NCBI GenBank assembly: GCA_035290085.1
Contig: DATDVK010000013.1
Coordinates: forward strand, 1-35,325
Length of the DNA stretch: 35,325 bases
Direction of reading: 5' to 3'
Origin: Candidatus Peribacteraceae bacterium
Lineage (GTDB): Bacteria; Patescibacteriota; Gracilibacteria; Peribacterales; Peribacteraceae
Shown here: positions 1-8,366 of the stretch, one piece after another
Numbering within the stretch: position 1 is the first letter of the stretch
How the letters are laid out: every line of letters starts with the position of its first letter
The notes under the pieces: generated by a model
Told to the model about the DNA's origin: nothing
Databases searched by the model: none
What the model saw: the letters and a program-made list of their open reading frames with translations, nothing else
Translations under genes and position numbers: made by a program

Positions 1-1
1 C

Positions 2-2278
2 CGCGTGGTGAACTGGGATATCGCCCTCCAGACGACCATTTCAGACGACGAAATAGAGTACAAAGACACCGAGGCGGTGATGTACACCATCGAGTATCTC
101 ACTGCGCAGCAGACAGGAGGGGATCCTGTATATGTTTCCACCAGCCGTCCCGAGACCAAGCTTGGCGATACGGCTCTTGCCGTGCATCCTGATGATAAGC
201 GGTATGCGCATCTCGTCGGCCGTGATTTCACGGTGGAGTGGCCGGGAGGGCAGGTGATTGCCGTCACGGTGATCGGCGATCACAGCGTGGATCCCGCAGT
301 GGGGACCGGCGTTGTGGGTGTCACGCCGTTCCACAGCAAGATCGACTACGAGATCTGGCAGCGCCACAAAGAAGAGATAGAAGCGACTCCCATGCAGGTC
401 ATAGGGGAAAACGGGAACATCCTGTCTTCTGTGAAGGGCTATGGAGGCTTGAGTATCCAGGAGTGCCGTGAGCAGTTCGTCGGTGCGCTGCGCTCCGCCG
501 GGCGTATCCGTTCCGAGGAGGCGTATGTCCAGCCTCTCTCTGTGTCCTACAGGTCCAAAATGCCTGTGGAGCCTCTCCCGAAGTTGCAGTGGTTCATCGA
601 TGTGAACGGGAAGGTGGTGAAGTGGAATAAAAAGAAAATGAGCCTGAAGGAGGTTATGCAGGATGTGATCCGCAAGGGGGACATCAAAATCATTCCGGAC
701 CGCTTCGAGAAGACATATTTCCATTGGATCGATAACCTGCAGGACTGGTGCATCTCCCGGCAGATCTGGTGGGGGCACAGGGTGCCTGTTTTCTACTGCC
801 CGAAGTGTAGGAATGAGCAAGGAGTGTCTGGGAGCGGGAAGCGGTTAGCGGTTAGCCCTTCGACAGGGCTCAGGACAGGCGGCCAGCACGTATCGGTGCA
901 ACCGCTGAGTGTGTGTCCGGATTGCGGTGGTCCCGTGGAGCAGGATCCCGATACCCTCGACACGTGGTTCTCCTCTGCCCTCTGGACATGGAGCACGCTG
1001 GTGGATGAGAAGCTGACGGAGGATTTTTCCCTTTCCCTCGAGGAGATTTTGGAAAAGAGCCCGGATTTCCAGAAGTTCCATCCCACACAGGTGATGGAGA
1101 CGGGATACGACATCCTCTTCTTCTGGGTGGCCCGCATGATCCTCATGACCACGTACGCCACGGGGCAGATCCCGTTTAAGACGGTGTACCTCCATGGCCT
1201 CATCCGCACGCGGGAGGGCAAGAAAATGAGCAAGTCGGATCCGGAAACCTGCATCGATCCTCTCGAGATCATCCCCAAGTACGGGGCGGATGCCCTGCGC
1301 CTCTCCATGATCGTCGGGCAGAGCCCGGGCAACGACTCGCGCCTGTTCGAAGAGAAAATAGCCGGGTACCGGAACTTTATCAACAAGCTCTGGAATGCCT
1401 CACGGTTCGTGCTCATGAAATGCGAAGAAGCAGGCGTGGATCCTCATAAGGCGATAGTTACGTACGAATCTCCCGATGAACTTTCCCTCGCGGATCGTGC
1501 GTTACTCCATGCACTCGATTTCCTGCGGGATGATGTGACAGAGGGGTTGGAAGCGTATCGGTTGAGCGAAGTAGGGGAAAGGCTCTACAGTTTTGTGTGG
1601 GACTACTTCTGCGATTGGTATCTGGAGCTTTCCAAGGGGGAGGCGAACCTTGCGCTTTTGGTGCAGGCGATGAGGATCATTCTCCAGCTCCTCCATCCGT
1701 ACTGTCCGTTCGTCACGGAAGAACTCTGGTCTCATTTCAAGTACAAGGATGCAGAGATGCTTCTGAAGATGCCATGGCCCGGAGAGAACAAGAAGACGAA
1801 AAAATTCGCTGATGCCTACAAGCAGCTCCAGCTTGTGATCGATGTTATTTCCTCCATTCGCAAGATGCGCGCAGAACAGGATATAGAACTGGGTATGAAG
1901 ATTGCCGTTGCCATCCACACGAAGCATGTGGATCTTTTGGAGAAGGAGCGGGAACACATTCTCCGTATGGGACGTGTGGAGAAGCTCACGATCGACGATC
2001 AGCCGAAGCAGCATACGCACGCTGCGAGCACGTTTCTGCACGGTACGGAGGTGCATATGCCGCTTGAAGGTATCATTGACCTTGAGAAGGTGCGGGAAAA
2101 GCTCACGAAGGAGCAAAAGAACCTCGAAGATTTCCTGAAGGGTGTTCGATCGAAGCTCGGGAATAAGAAGTTCGTTGCGAACGCGCCGGAAGAAGTGGTG
2201 CAGATTGAGCGGGAGAAGCTGGAAAGTGCGCAGGAGAAGCTTGAGAAGGTAGAGGAGCGGCTCAAGGCCTTAGCCTAA
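2..2278 (+). CDS. valS: Valyl-tRNA synthetase, 5'-truncated by the window edge
   Basis: The frame is open to position 2. Motifs: DWCISRQIWWGHRVP, KMSKS (GKKMSKS), DTLDTWFSSALW, a CPKC...CPDC cysteine pair in the connective-peptide region, and a C-terminal coiled coil (EKLESAQEKLEKVEERLK). Confidence 0.95.
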   Translation, partial: RVVNWDIALQTTISDDEIEYKDTEAVMYTIEYLTAQQTGGDPVYVSTSRPETKLGDTALAVHPDDKRYAHLVGRDFTVEWPGGQVIAVTVIGDHSVDPAVGTGVVGVTPFHSKIDYEIWQRHKEEIEATPMQVIGENGNILSSVKGYGGLSIQECREQFVGALRSAGRIRSEEAYVQPLSVSYRSKMPVEPLPKLQWFIDVNGKVVKWNKKKMSLKEVMQDVIRKGDIKIIPDRFEKTYFHWIDNLQDWCISRQIWWGHRVPVFYCPKCRNEQGVSGSGKRLAVSPSTGLRTGGQHVSVQPLSVCPDCGGPVEQDPDTLDTWFSSALWTWSTLVDEKLTEDFSLSLEEILEKSPDFQKFHPTQVMETGYDILFFWVARMILMTTYATGQIPFKTVYLHGLIRTREGKKMSKSDPETCIDPLEIIPKYGADALRLSMIVGQSPGNDSRLFEEKIAGYRNFINKLWNASRFVLMKCEEAGVDPHKAIVTYESPDELSLADRALLHALDFLRDDVTEGLEAYRLSEVGERLYSFVWDYFCDWYLELSKGEANLALLVQAMRIILQLLHPYCPFVTEELWSHFKYKDAEMLLKMPWPGENKKTKKFADAYKQLQLVIDVISSIRKMRAEQDIELGMKIAVAIHTKHVDLLEKEREHILRMGRVEKLTIDDQPKQHTHAASTFLHGTEVHMPLEGIIDLEKVREKLTKEQKNLEDFLKGVRSKLGNKKFVANAPEEVVQIEREKLESAQEKLEKVEERLKALA

Positions 2279-3460
2279 GATATGCAGATGTGGTTTTCCC
2301 GCACTCTTCGTCGGGAGTGCCGATCCACGCAGGATCGACGAACGTCCAAAGCGCTCGTGGAGCTCATCCAGCTTCTCCTGCATTTGCTCGCTGGAGCCCG
2401 CGTGCTTCGCGTCTTCGAAGAGCGAGAACTGGAGCGATCCTTTGGATCGTAAGTTACAGAGCGCGAGGCCCGTTTGCGTGCACCGGGGAGTTTTTTCGTA
2501 CAGTTGGGCGAAGCACTCGCGCACGTACGGCAGCATCTGCTCCTCCGTATCCATAGGCTGGGGGAGCTTTATATTGCGCCCGTCATGCCTGTACTCGCCG
2601 TCGCGCAGCCACACGCAGAGTTCCCGGCACATGAGGCCGTGCCTGCGCATTTTGAGCACGGTGTAGCTCAGGTGGTCCAGAATGGAGGAGAAGATGCGTT
2701 CCTTGTTCTCCGTGGTGCGGAAGCTGCGGCAGCGGGAGACGGATTTCGGAGGCCCTGCGTTCTCTTCCACCCCATACACGCTGGTGCCGAGGAGCTCGAG
2801 CTGCATTTCCCGTCCTTGTTTTCCGAAGAGGCGCTGTATCTGTTCCTGGTCTGCGGTAGCGACGTCCCAGGCCGTCTGCCAACGGTTTGCTTCTGCGTGC
2901 AGGGAGCGGCGCCTGCCGATGCCGGGGATGGCGGCTGCGGGTCTGTCTCTCAGGAAGGCTTCCAGATTTTGTTTTGTGATGAGCGTCACGCCGGCAGGCT
3001 TGTGGTACTCGCTCGCCATCTTCGCGAGCAATTTGCTGTGTGCAATGCCGGCAGAGACGGAAATGCCCACACGTTGCAGCACGTTCTTCTGCGTCTTCTC
3101 CGCCCACCGGAAGAGATTATCCGGCAGGCCGCCCTGCATCAACCGAAGGTCTAAGAACCACTCATCCACCGACATCTGCTCCATTACCGGGCACTGCTCT
3201 TCTAAAACAGAGGCGATCTGCCTGGAAGCCACAGCGGTTTCCTCAAAATCCGAAGGCATTTCCACCGCCCCTCTGCAGAGCTTGCGCGCATCCGCCAGGC
3301 GCATGCCTGTCTTCACCCCCTTGGCTTTCGCCTCGTAGCTGGCTGCAATCACGCAGCCGCCTCCCATGCCGAGCGCGAGCAGAGGCTTTCCCCGCAGTTT
3401 GGGGTGTTTGCGCTGCAGTACGGACGCGAAAAAAGCATCAGCATCGACGTGTGCGATCAT
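2270..3460 (-). CDS. dinB: Y-family DNA polymerase IV (DinB-like translesion polymerase)
   Basis: The N-terminus MIAHVDADAFFASV...KPL...VIAASYEAKAKGVKTGM is typical of the Y-family palm domain. It lies 13 nt downstream of lexA on the same strand. Confidence 0.85.
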   Translation of the reverse strand: MIAHVDADAFFASVLQRKHPKLRGKPLLALGMGGGCVIAASYEAKAKGVKTGMRLADARKLCRGAVEMPSDFEETAVASRQIASVLEEQCPVMEQMSVDEWFLDLRLMQGGLPDNLFRWAEKTQKNVLQRVGISVSAGIAHSKLLAKMASEYHKPAGVTLITKQNLEAFLRDRPAAAIPGIGRRRSLHAEANRWQTAWDVATADQEQIQRLFGKQGREMQLELLGTSVYGVEENAGPPKSVSRCRSFRTTENKERIFSSILDHLSYTVLKMRRHGLMCRELCVWLRDGEYRHDGRNIKLPQPMDTEEQMLPYVRECFAQLYEKTPRCTQTGLALCNLRSKGSLQFSLFEDAKHAGSSEQMQEKLDELHERFGRSSILRGSALPTKSAGKPHLHILG

Positions 3461-3473
3461 GCGGAGAGGGGAA

Positions 3474-4082
3474 CTAGTACTTGCGTATCACGCCTCGGAC
3501 CACTCCCGCCACTTCCAGCTCTTCCAGGGCATACATGTCCGGGTAGTCGGCATTCTCCGCCTGGAGGTAGTACTTTCCCTTCTCCTTCTTCAGACGCTTG
3601 AGCGTAAATTCTCTGTCGAGTACGCCCACGACAATGTCGCCGACTTTCGGGGTTCTGCCGCGTTCCACAATCACCAGGTCCCCCTCAAAGATTCCTGCCT
3701 CAATCATGCTGTCGCCCTTCACGCGCAGGAGGAACGTAGAAGCCTGGTCCCGTACCAGGTAGTCATCCAGCTTCACCAGTTCTTCCGCCTGTTCTTCCAC
3801 CGGAGCGGCAAATCCTGCGGAGATGGGACCGAAGAGGGGGAGGGTCATGGGCTGGGGAAAATCCTCCGGCTCTGTCATCTCAATGATTTTGATGCGTCCC
3901 TTTGGATCCTTGTCCAGGTGTCCTTCCCGTACGAGGACATTCACCACTTTGGCGATGGCGTTCTTGCTGCGCACGCCGAACGCAAGTGCGAGATCCGAGA
4001 GAGACGGGGAGTACCCGCGCTTGTGCTGAAACTCACCGATGTAAGTCAGCACTGTGCGCTGGTGAGGGGTGAGGGGGGACAT
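3474..4082 (-). CDS. lexA: LexA SOS repressor (S24 peptidase)
   Basis: N-terminal winged HTH (SLSDLALAFGVRSKNAIAKVV), Ala-Gly cleavage region (PISAGFAAP), catalytic Ser in GDSM and Lys in FTLKRLKK. Confidence 0.9.
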   Translation of the reverse strand: MSPLTPHQRTVLTYIGEFQHKRGYSPSLSDLALAFGVRSKNAIAKVVNVLVREGHLDKDPKGRIKIIEMTEPEDFPQPMTLPLFGPISAGFAAPVEEQAEELVKLDDYLVRDQASTFLLRVKGDSMIEAGIFEGDLVIVERGRTPKVGDIVVGVLDREFTLKRLKKEKGKYYLQAENADYPDMYALEELEVAGVVRGVIRKY

Positions 4083-4093
4083 GGTCTTGAGGG

Positions 4094-4137
4094 GAACGAA
4101 CGTCCACCATAGTAGGTGGACGATTGTTCACGGTCAA
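4094..4137 (-). promoter_or_regulatory. lexA-dinB promoter overlapped by an inverted-repeat candidate SOS operator
   Basis: Minus strand: -35 TTGACC (4137-4132), 17-nt spacer, -10 TACTAT (4114-4109). The arms GAACGAACGTCCACC (4094-4108) and GGTGGACGATTGTTC (4115-4129) are inverted repeats (13/15). Each arm holds a GAAC-N4-GTYC-like box. Confidence 0.5.
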
Positions 4138-4187
4138 GAGTGTTTCATACCATTTTACTCTTTAGGCATCTTATGATTTGTACTTCA

Positions 4188-5165
4188 TTATTTCTGGAGC
4201 GAGTCCACCTTGACGTATTTCTCTTCTTCTCCTTCAACGATCTTGATGTATTTCTCGTCCTCTCCCTCAATGATGTCGAGGTCTTTCAGGGCGCTCAATT
4301 CTATGTATGTAATGGTCCACACTGTCTGCCGGAAGATTTCCAGGTATGCGAAGAAATAGCTGGCGAATCCGATGATGATGAGACCAATGATAGTCGTGAT
4401 GCTGTAGCTGAGTACCGGCGGAAGAAAGGAAGTCAGGAGGAAGCCAAGGCCGAGCACAAGCCCGGGGATCAGGATGACCATGAGGAGGTTTGCGACAATG
4501 CGCAGGATGATGACGAAGAGCAGGAGCATGAGGAACACCACATGGCTGAGGTAGCTGATGACGAGTTTGAAACTCTGGTGGATCCCCCCGCGGATGCCTG
4601 TTTTCTTTATGACCACGGCTTCTTCTGAGAAAATCCAGAAGAATTCAAAGATATTGGAGATGAACCATGCGGTCACCAGCAGTATGGCACCGATGGGCCC
4701 CGCTCCCGCCCCGTAGCGCAGCATGAGGGAGCAGAGTGTAATGACAGTGGTAATGCTGCTGAGGAAGAGGATCTCGTGGAGCGCGAAGAGGGGGAAGAAG
4801 TTGTAAATGCCCAGTACTAGTCCGCCTTTCACTTCTTCCTTGCGGTATGATTTGGCGGCAAGGCCGATGATTGCGCCTTTGGCCAGGTTTGGGAAGAGCC
4901 ACTCAATGAAGAGGAGAGCGAAGAAGAAGGTGATGATGCTGATGGCAAGCCAGAGGGGGAGGTTCTCGAGGAGTGTGCGTTCAATGGTGAAAAAACCAAT
5001 CGGGTTTTCCAGAATGAAGTACGAGTAGATGAGCCATGCCTGGAAGAGGAAGAGCTTGGCGTTCAGGAGCGTATGGAGCAGGGCATCGGCAAACCCCCAT
5101 TTGCGCAGGATGCTCTCCTTTTTTGTTATGGCCCATGCCATCGCAATAATGTCTCGTGGTTTCAT
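4188..5165 (-). CDS. Hypothetical polytopic membrane protein
   Basis: 325-aa ORF with many hydrophobic segments and an acidic C-terminal tail carrying a duplicated (I/V)EGE(D/E)EKY(I/V)K unit. It starts 6 nt after the LCP gene stop. No family recognised. Confidence 0.6.
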   Translation of the reverse strand: MKPRDIIAMAWAITKKESILRKWGFADALLHTLLNAKLFLFQAWLIYSYFILENPIGFFTIERTLLENLPLWLAISIITFFFALLFIEWLFPNLAKGAIIGLAAKSYRKEEVKGGLVLGIYNFFPLFALHEILFLSSITTVITLCSLMLRYGAGAGPIGAILLVTAWFISNIFEFFWIFSEEAVVIKKTGIRGGIHQSFKLVISYLSHVVFLMLLLFVIILRIVANLLMVILIPGLVLGLGFLLTSFLPPVLSYSITTIIGLIIIGFASYFFAYLEIFRQTVWTITYIELSALKDLDIIEGEDEKYIKIVEGEEEKYVKVDSLQK

Positions 5166-5171
5166 GCTTCT

Positions 5172-6707
5172 TTAGGAAGTGGGAACGAGAGTCTGGATGG
5201 GGGTGTACTTGTATTCCTTCCCGAGAATAATGGTGATGTCAGCAACCTCCCCTTCGGGGAGTGCGGCCGGTTTCTCCGTTTTTGCGAACTTGAGAAGCGA
5301 AGCGAAGAAGAGGGCGAGGTTCTCATGCCCCGGTGATCCCGCGAACACCAGCGACTGCATCTGTTCTTCGGGGAGGGTGGCGTTCGTAATGAGATCCACA
5401 TTGAATCCGTACCGAAAGAGCTCTGTTGCCAGTATGCGTGCTGCACCGCTCGGTGCCCCGTTATTCAGGATGTTCATACGGGGATTGGCGAGATACGCTG
5501 AGCGCGTGTGGAGCAGGAGCTTCACGAAGGCCTGCGGCTGTCGCCATGTCACGGGGAATTCCGGGATGGAGACGGGGAGGAGAACTGCAGCGCCGTCGAA
5601 GAGGGAACGAGGAGGGGCATAGAGGAAACCACCGGGTTCCACGAACCCATCATAGAGAGCATTGCGGTCATTGAGCTGCAGGGTGATCACCCGGTCCCTT
5701 TCAAGCTTCTGTGCCAGGTCAGCCAGTCCAATCATTTCACGGAGGGACATGGTTGTTTCGACGTTCTGGGAGAGCGTACGGATCATCTGTGTGATGAAGT
5801 CTGGGTCCTTGAGGTAACCGCCCTCCTTTGCTTTCTGGCCGATGGCTTTGATGAGTTGCTGTTGCCGTGCAGAGCGCGAAAAATCGCTGGTGGAGTGTCG
5901 TGATCGCGCGTATTTGAGGGCTGTTGCACCATCCAGATGCTGCATCCCTCTGCTGAGGGTGAATGTTTCGTATCCGTAGTTCTCGTCAGGGTACTCGCTG
6001 TCAGTGATATCCTCCGGTACGTCAATATCTATGCCATCCAGAGCATCGACTGCTTCCACGAAGGCAGTGAAGTTCACTTTCACGGTATGGTGGATCTCCA
6101 TTCCCAGGTTTTGTCCCACTTCTGTGCCGAGTTCCCGGAGGGCTTCTACTGCCGCGTCTTCCGGTTCCATGCCCTGGCGGTACTGGAGGTAATTCTTGTA
6201 ATCCCTGTAGAAGCTGTTGATTTTCCCTTTCCCCATTTTAGCAGTCTTGAGGAAGAACACGTCGCGGGGGAGCGACAGGAGCACCACGCTCTTGGAGTCA
6301 TTGGGGTCGATGCTTGCGACAATGATAGTATCAGTCAGATCTCTTCCCTCGTGGTCTCTGTCTCCCTGGCCGATGAGCAGGAGGTTGATGTATCCGTTGG
6401 TATCCGTGGGGAGTTCTGAGCCGGCAAACGAAGTGATAGTCCCGAAACTCAGGAAGTGCACGGACATCAACGCTTTCACCGTTCCTGCGAGCAGGAGGAA
6501 TGCGAAGAAGATTGCGACCAGAACGAGGAGCAAACGCTTGAGCGCCATGACCCGCTGTTTTTTCACATGCTCCTTCTCCTTCCGCTCCTTCCAGAGGCCA
6601 TACCAGCCCATGATCGGTTTCCCTATTTCGAGGGCACCGACGATGAAGCTCCGCCAGCGAAGACGACGTCGGGGTTCCTCCTCTATCCGACGGACGTGGA
6701 AAGACAT
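5172..6707 (-). CDS. LytR-CpsA-Psr (LCP) family cell-envelope phosphotransferase with LytR_C-like C-terminal domain
   Basis: N-terminal TM (LLLVLVAIFFAFLLLAG), LCP core (INLLLIGQGDRDHEGRDLTDTIIVASIDP...LSLPRD) and a C-terminal NILNNGAPSGAARILATEL segment. Start is set at ATG 6707, because the upstream part of the 730-aa ORF overlaps the neighbouring gene and is Pro/Arg/His-rich. Confidence 0.8.
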   Translation of the reverse strand: MSFHVRRIEEEPRRRLRWRSFIVGALEIGKPIMGWYGLWKERKEKEHVKKQRVMALKRLLLVLVAIFFAFLLLAGTVKALMSVHFLSFGTITSFAGSELPTDTNGYINLLLIGQGDRDHEGRDLTDTIIVASIDPNDSKSVVLLSLPRDVFFLKTAKMGKGKINSFYRDYKNYLQYRQGMEPEDAAVEALRELGTEVGQNLGMEIHHTVKVNFTAFVEAVDALDGIDIDVPEDITDSEYPDENYGYETFTLSRGMQHLDGATALKYARSRHSTSDFSRSARQQQLIKAIGQKAKEGGYLKDPDFITQMIRTLSQNVETTMSLREMIGLADLAQKLERDRVITLQLNDRNALYDGFVEPGGFLYAPPRSLFDGAAVLLPVSIPEFPVTWRQPQAFVKLLLHTRSAYLANPRMNILNNGAPSGAARILATELFRYGFNVDLITNATLPEEQMQSLVFAGSPGHENLALFFASLLKFAKTEKPAALPEGEVADITIILGKEYKYTPIQTLVPTS

Positions 6708-6802
6708 TGCGTAAAGCGTACGTGAAATGCTCTCTTCCGTCACGGTATTCTTTTGTGGATTTTCCCGTATGGTGTACGAGCGGTTACCATGACCCTTTCC
6801 GC

Positions 6803-7498
6803 TCAAGCTAGCGTTGCACTCAGTATCCCAATCAGCAGTGGTTGGTGCAGCATGTACAGGAGGAGTGCATGTCTCCCCGGGAGGGTGGCGAGGTACACGG
6901 TTCTCCGGTGTTCTTGTGCATAGGTGTGCATGGCAGGAAGGAGCAGGTGTACAATCAGCGTTCCCATGAGCACGATTCCAAACCACGGGAAGAGAGGAAA
7001 GTAATCGAGCGTTGAGAATTCTTTCGGTGTGATCCCGAGGGGGAGGAAGAATTCGTTGGTCACATGGAGGAAAGGGGTGGCCTGTCCTATGCCGAGGATG
7101 ATGGCTGCAGCGAGCATGCGGAATATTCTGCCCTGCGGGAGAATAGTGAGAAGTATCAGGCTTGCTGCGATGCAGTGGAGGATTCCGAATCGTATGTAGG
7201 TGGTTGGATCCCAGTAGTATGTCACGCCGGTGATGAGGAGCGCGCAGAGTACGATTGTCCCGATGCGTTTCCACCGCTTGTTTCTCCCCTGTGCTGCAGA
7301 GAGTTCGAAGCTGCACCCTACAAGGAGCAGGAAGAGGATTGCGGTCATACGTGCGAAAAGCCACCAGCCTGTGCTGAGCGGATCGATAGAATAGTGCAGG
7401 AAGTGGTGCAGATCGTACACAGTGTGGTAGAGCACCATCATGCAGATGGCCAGCGAGCGCAGCAGATCAATTTCTACGAAACGGGAAGAAGGGTGCAC
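6803..7498 (-). CDS. Polytopic membrane protein, DUF1624 / acyltransferase-like (tentative)
   Basis: 231 aa with a GTG start. The N-terminal RFVEIDLLRSLAICMMVLYH resembles the DUF1624 (heparan-alpha-glucosaminide N-acetyltransferase-like) family. Multiple TM helices. Confidence 0.55.
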   Translation of the reverse strand: MHPSSRFVEIDLLRSLAICMMVLYHTVYDLHHFLHYSIDPLSTGWWLFARMTAILFLLLVGCSFELSAAQGRNKRWKRIGTIVLCALLITGVTYYWDPTTYIRFGILHCIAASLILLTILPQGRIFRMLAAAIILGIGQATPFLHVTNEFFLPLGITPKEFSTLDYFPLFPWFGIVLMGTLIVHLLLPAMHTYAQEHRRTVYLATLPGRHALLLYMLHQPLLIGILSATLA

Positions 7499-7529
7499 TT
7501 CCGTAGCCTCATGGTTCTTCCGGCAAAGG

Positions 7530-7961
7530 TCAATGGTTCCTGGGCATCAGCAGTGCAGTGCTTCCTATGAGCAGCGCAAGTGCAATGGTGCGCAGGAGAG
7601 GCAGGAAGGGTGCGAACATGACAAGGCTCAGGCTCGTCCCGAAGAGTGAGATAGGGAGGAGGAGGCATGCCGGGCAGAGGAGAGTGAAGGCACCCATTGC
7701 ACCTCCCAGACTTGTTGCTCTCCGCGTTCCCACGGGGCATGTTCCTTTCTTTCTCCTCCAGTTAAAGAGTCCTGCATTCAGTGCGAGCAGGAAGGTGAGT
7801 GCAGCAGTGAAGAGTATCTCTCCTCTCCTTGCATCAGGGCGCGGCGGAGAGGGGAGAAAGGGAAATACCCCGAGTTCCCATGCGAAGAACACACTGCAGA
7901 GCAGGGCAACAACAATTGCCCAACTCCAGAATGCACTGCTGCGGAGAAAGCTGAGATTCAC
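7530..7961 (-). CDS. Hypothetical 4-TM membrane protein with intramembrane CPAC motif
   Basis: The ORF frame is open to 8159 but overlaps the upstream small gene. The first non-overlapping start is GTG 7961. Motifs GTCPVG and LLCPACLLLP lie in or near TM segments. Confidence 0.45.
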   Translation of the reverse strand: MNLSFLRSSAFWSWAIVVALLCSVFFAWELGVFPFLPSPPRPDARRGEILFTAALTFLLALNAGLFNWRRKKGTCPVGTRRATSLGGAMGAFTLLCPACLLLPISLFGTSLSLVMFAPFLPLLRTIALALLIGSTALLMPRNH

Positions 7962-7968
7962 AGGAATA

Positions 7969-8232
7969 TTATGATTCCTTCGAGTGGCAGTTGCCAGGAC
8001 AGTTTCTGGAGCATGCTCCAGAAGAGCAATTTTGGATGTGCTCACAGTTTCCCCCTTCGCAGAGTTCTTTTGCCGGGCATTCCCAGGCAGCGAATATCTC
8101 TCCTCGCTGCGCCACAACGACACTGTAACCAACAATGAGGCCCACGAGGAGCATCGCAACGAGAGACCAGTGAGAATGCAGGATCTTTTTCAGCACAATG
8201 CCTATTGTAGCGTCATTGACAGTTATTATCAA
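7969..8232 (-). CDS. Small membrane-anchored cysteine-rich protein (87 aa)
   Basis: One TM (WSLVAMLLVGLIVGYSVVV) followed by a 7-Cys tail, ECPAKELCEGGNCEHIQNCSSGACSRNCPGNCH. No homolog recognised. Confidence 0.45.
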   Translation of the reverse strand: MIITVNDATIGIVLKKILHSHWSLVAMLLVGLIVGYSVVVAQRGEIFAAWECPAKELCEGGNCEHIQNCSSGACSRNCPGNCHSKES

Positions 8233-8273
8233 TTAGTCTTTCTTATGATTTATGGCCTTCATCTTCTTCTTTT

Positions 8274-8328
8274 CTACAAGCTACAACATGCCAGCTACAA
8301 GCTTTAGATTGTAGGTTATAGCTTGTAG
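8274..8328. repeat. Intergenic inverted/direct repeat, family B (CTACAAGCT / AGCTTGTAG)
   Basis: CTACAAGCT occurs at 8274-8282 and 8295-8303, and its reverse complement AGCTTGTAG at 8320-8328. This gives a 9-bp stem with a 16-nt loop. The (T)ACAAGCT core recurs at 27735-27742. Confidence 0.5.
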
Positions 8329-8366
8329 GGAGATCCAAAAGTGAAGGCACAAGGCACTCCAAAGCT

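Noticed and set aside
6708-7364. N-terminal 219 codons of the 730-aa ORF 5172-7364.
   Set aside because: It overlaps the DUF1624-like gene on the same strand in another frame, and the translation is a Pro/Arg/His-rich stretch. The LCP protein has a sensible start, TM and domain order from ATG 6707.
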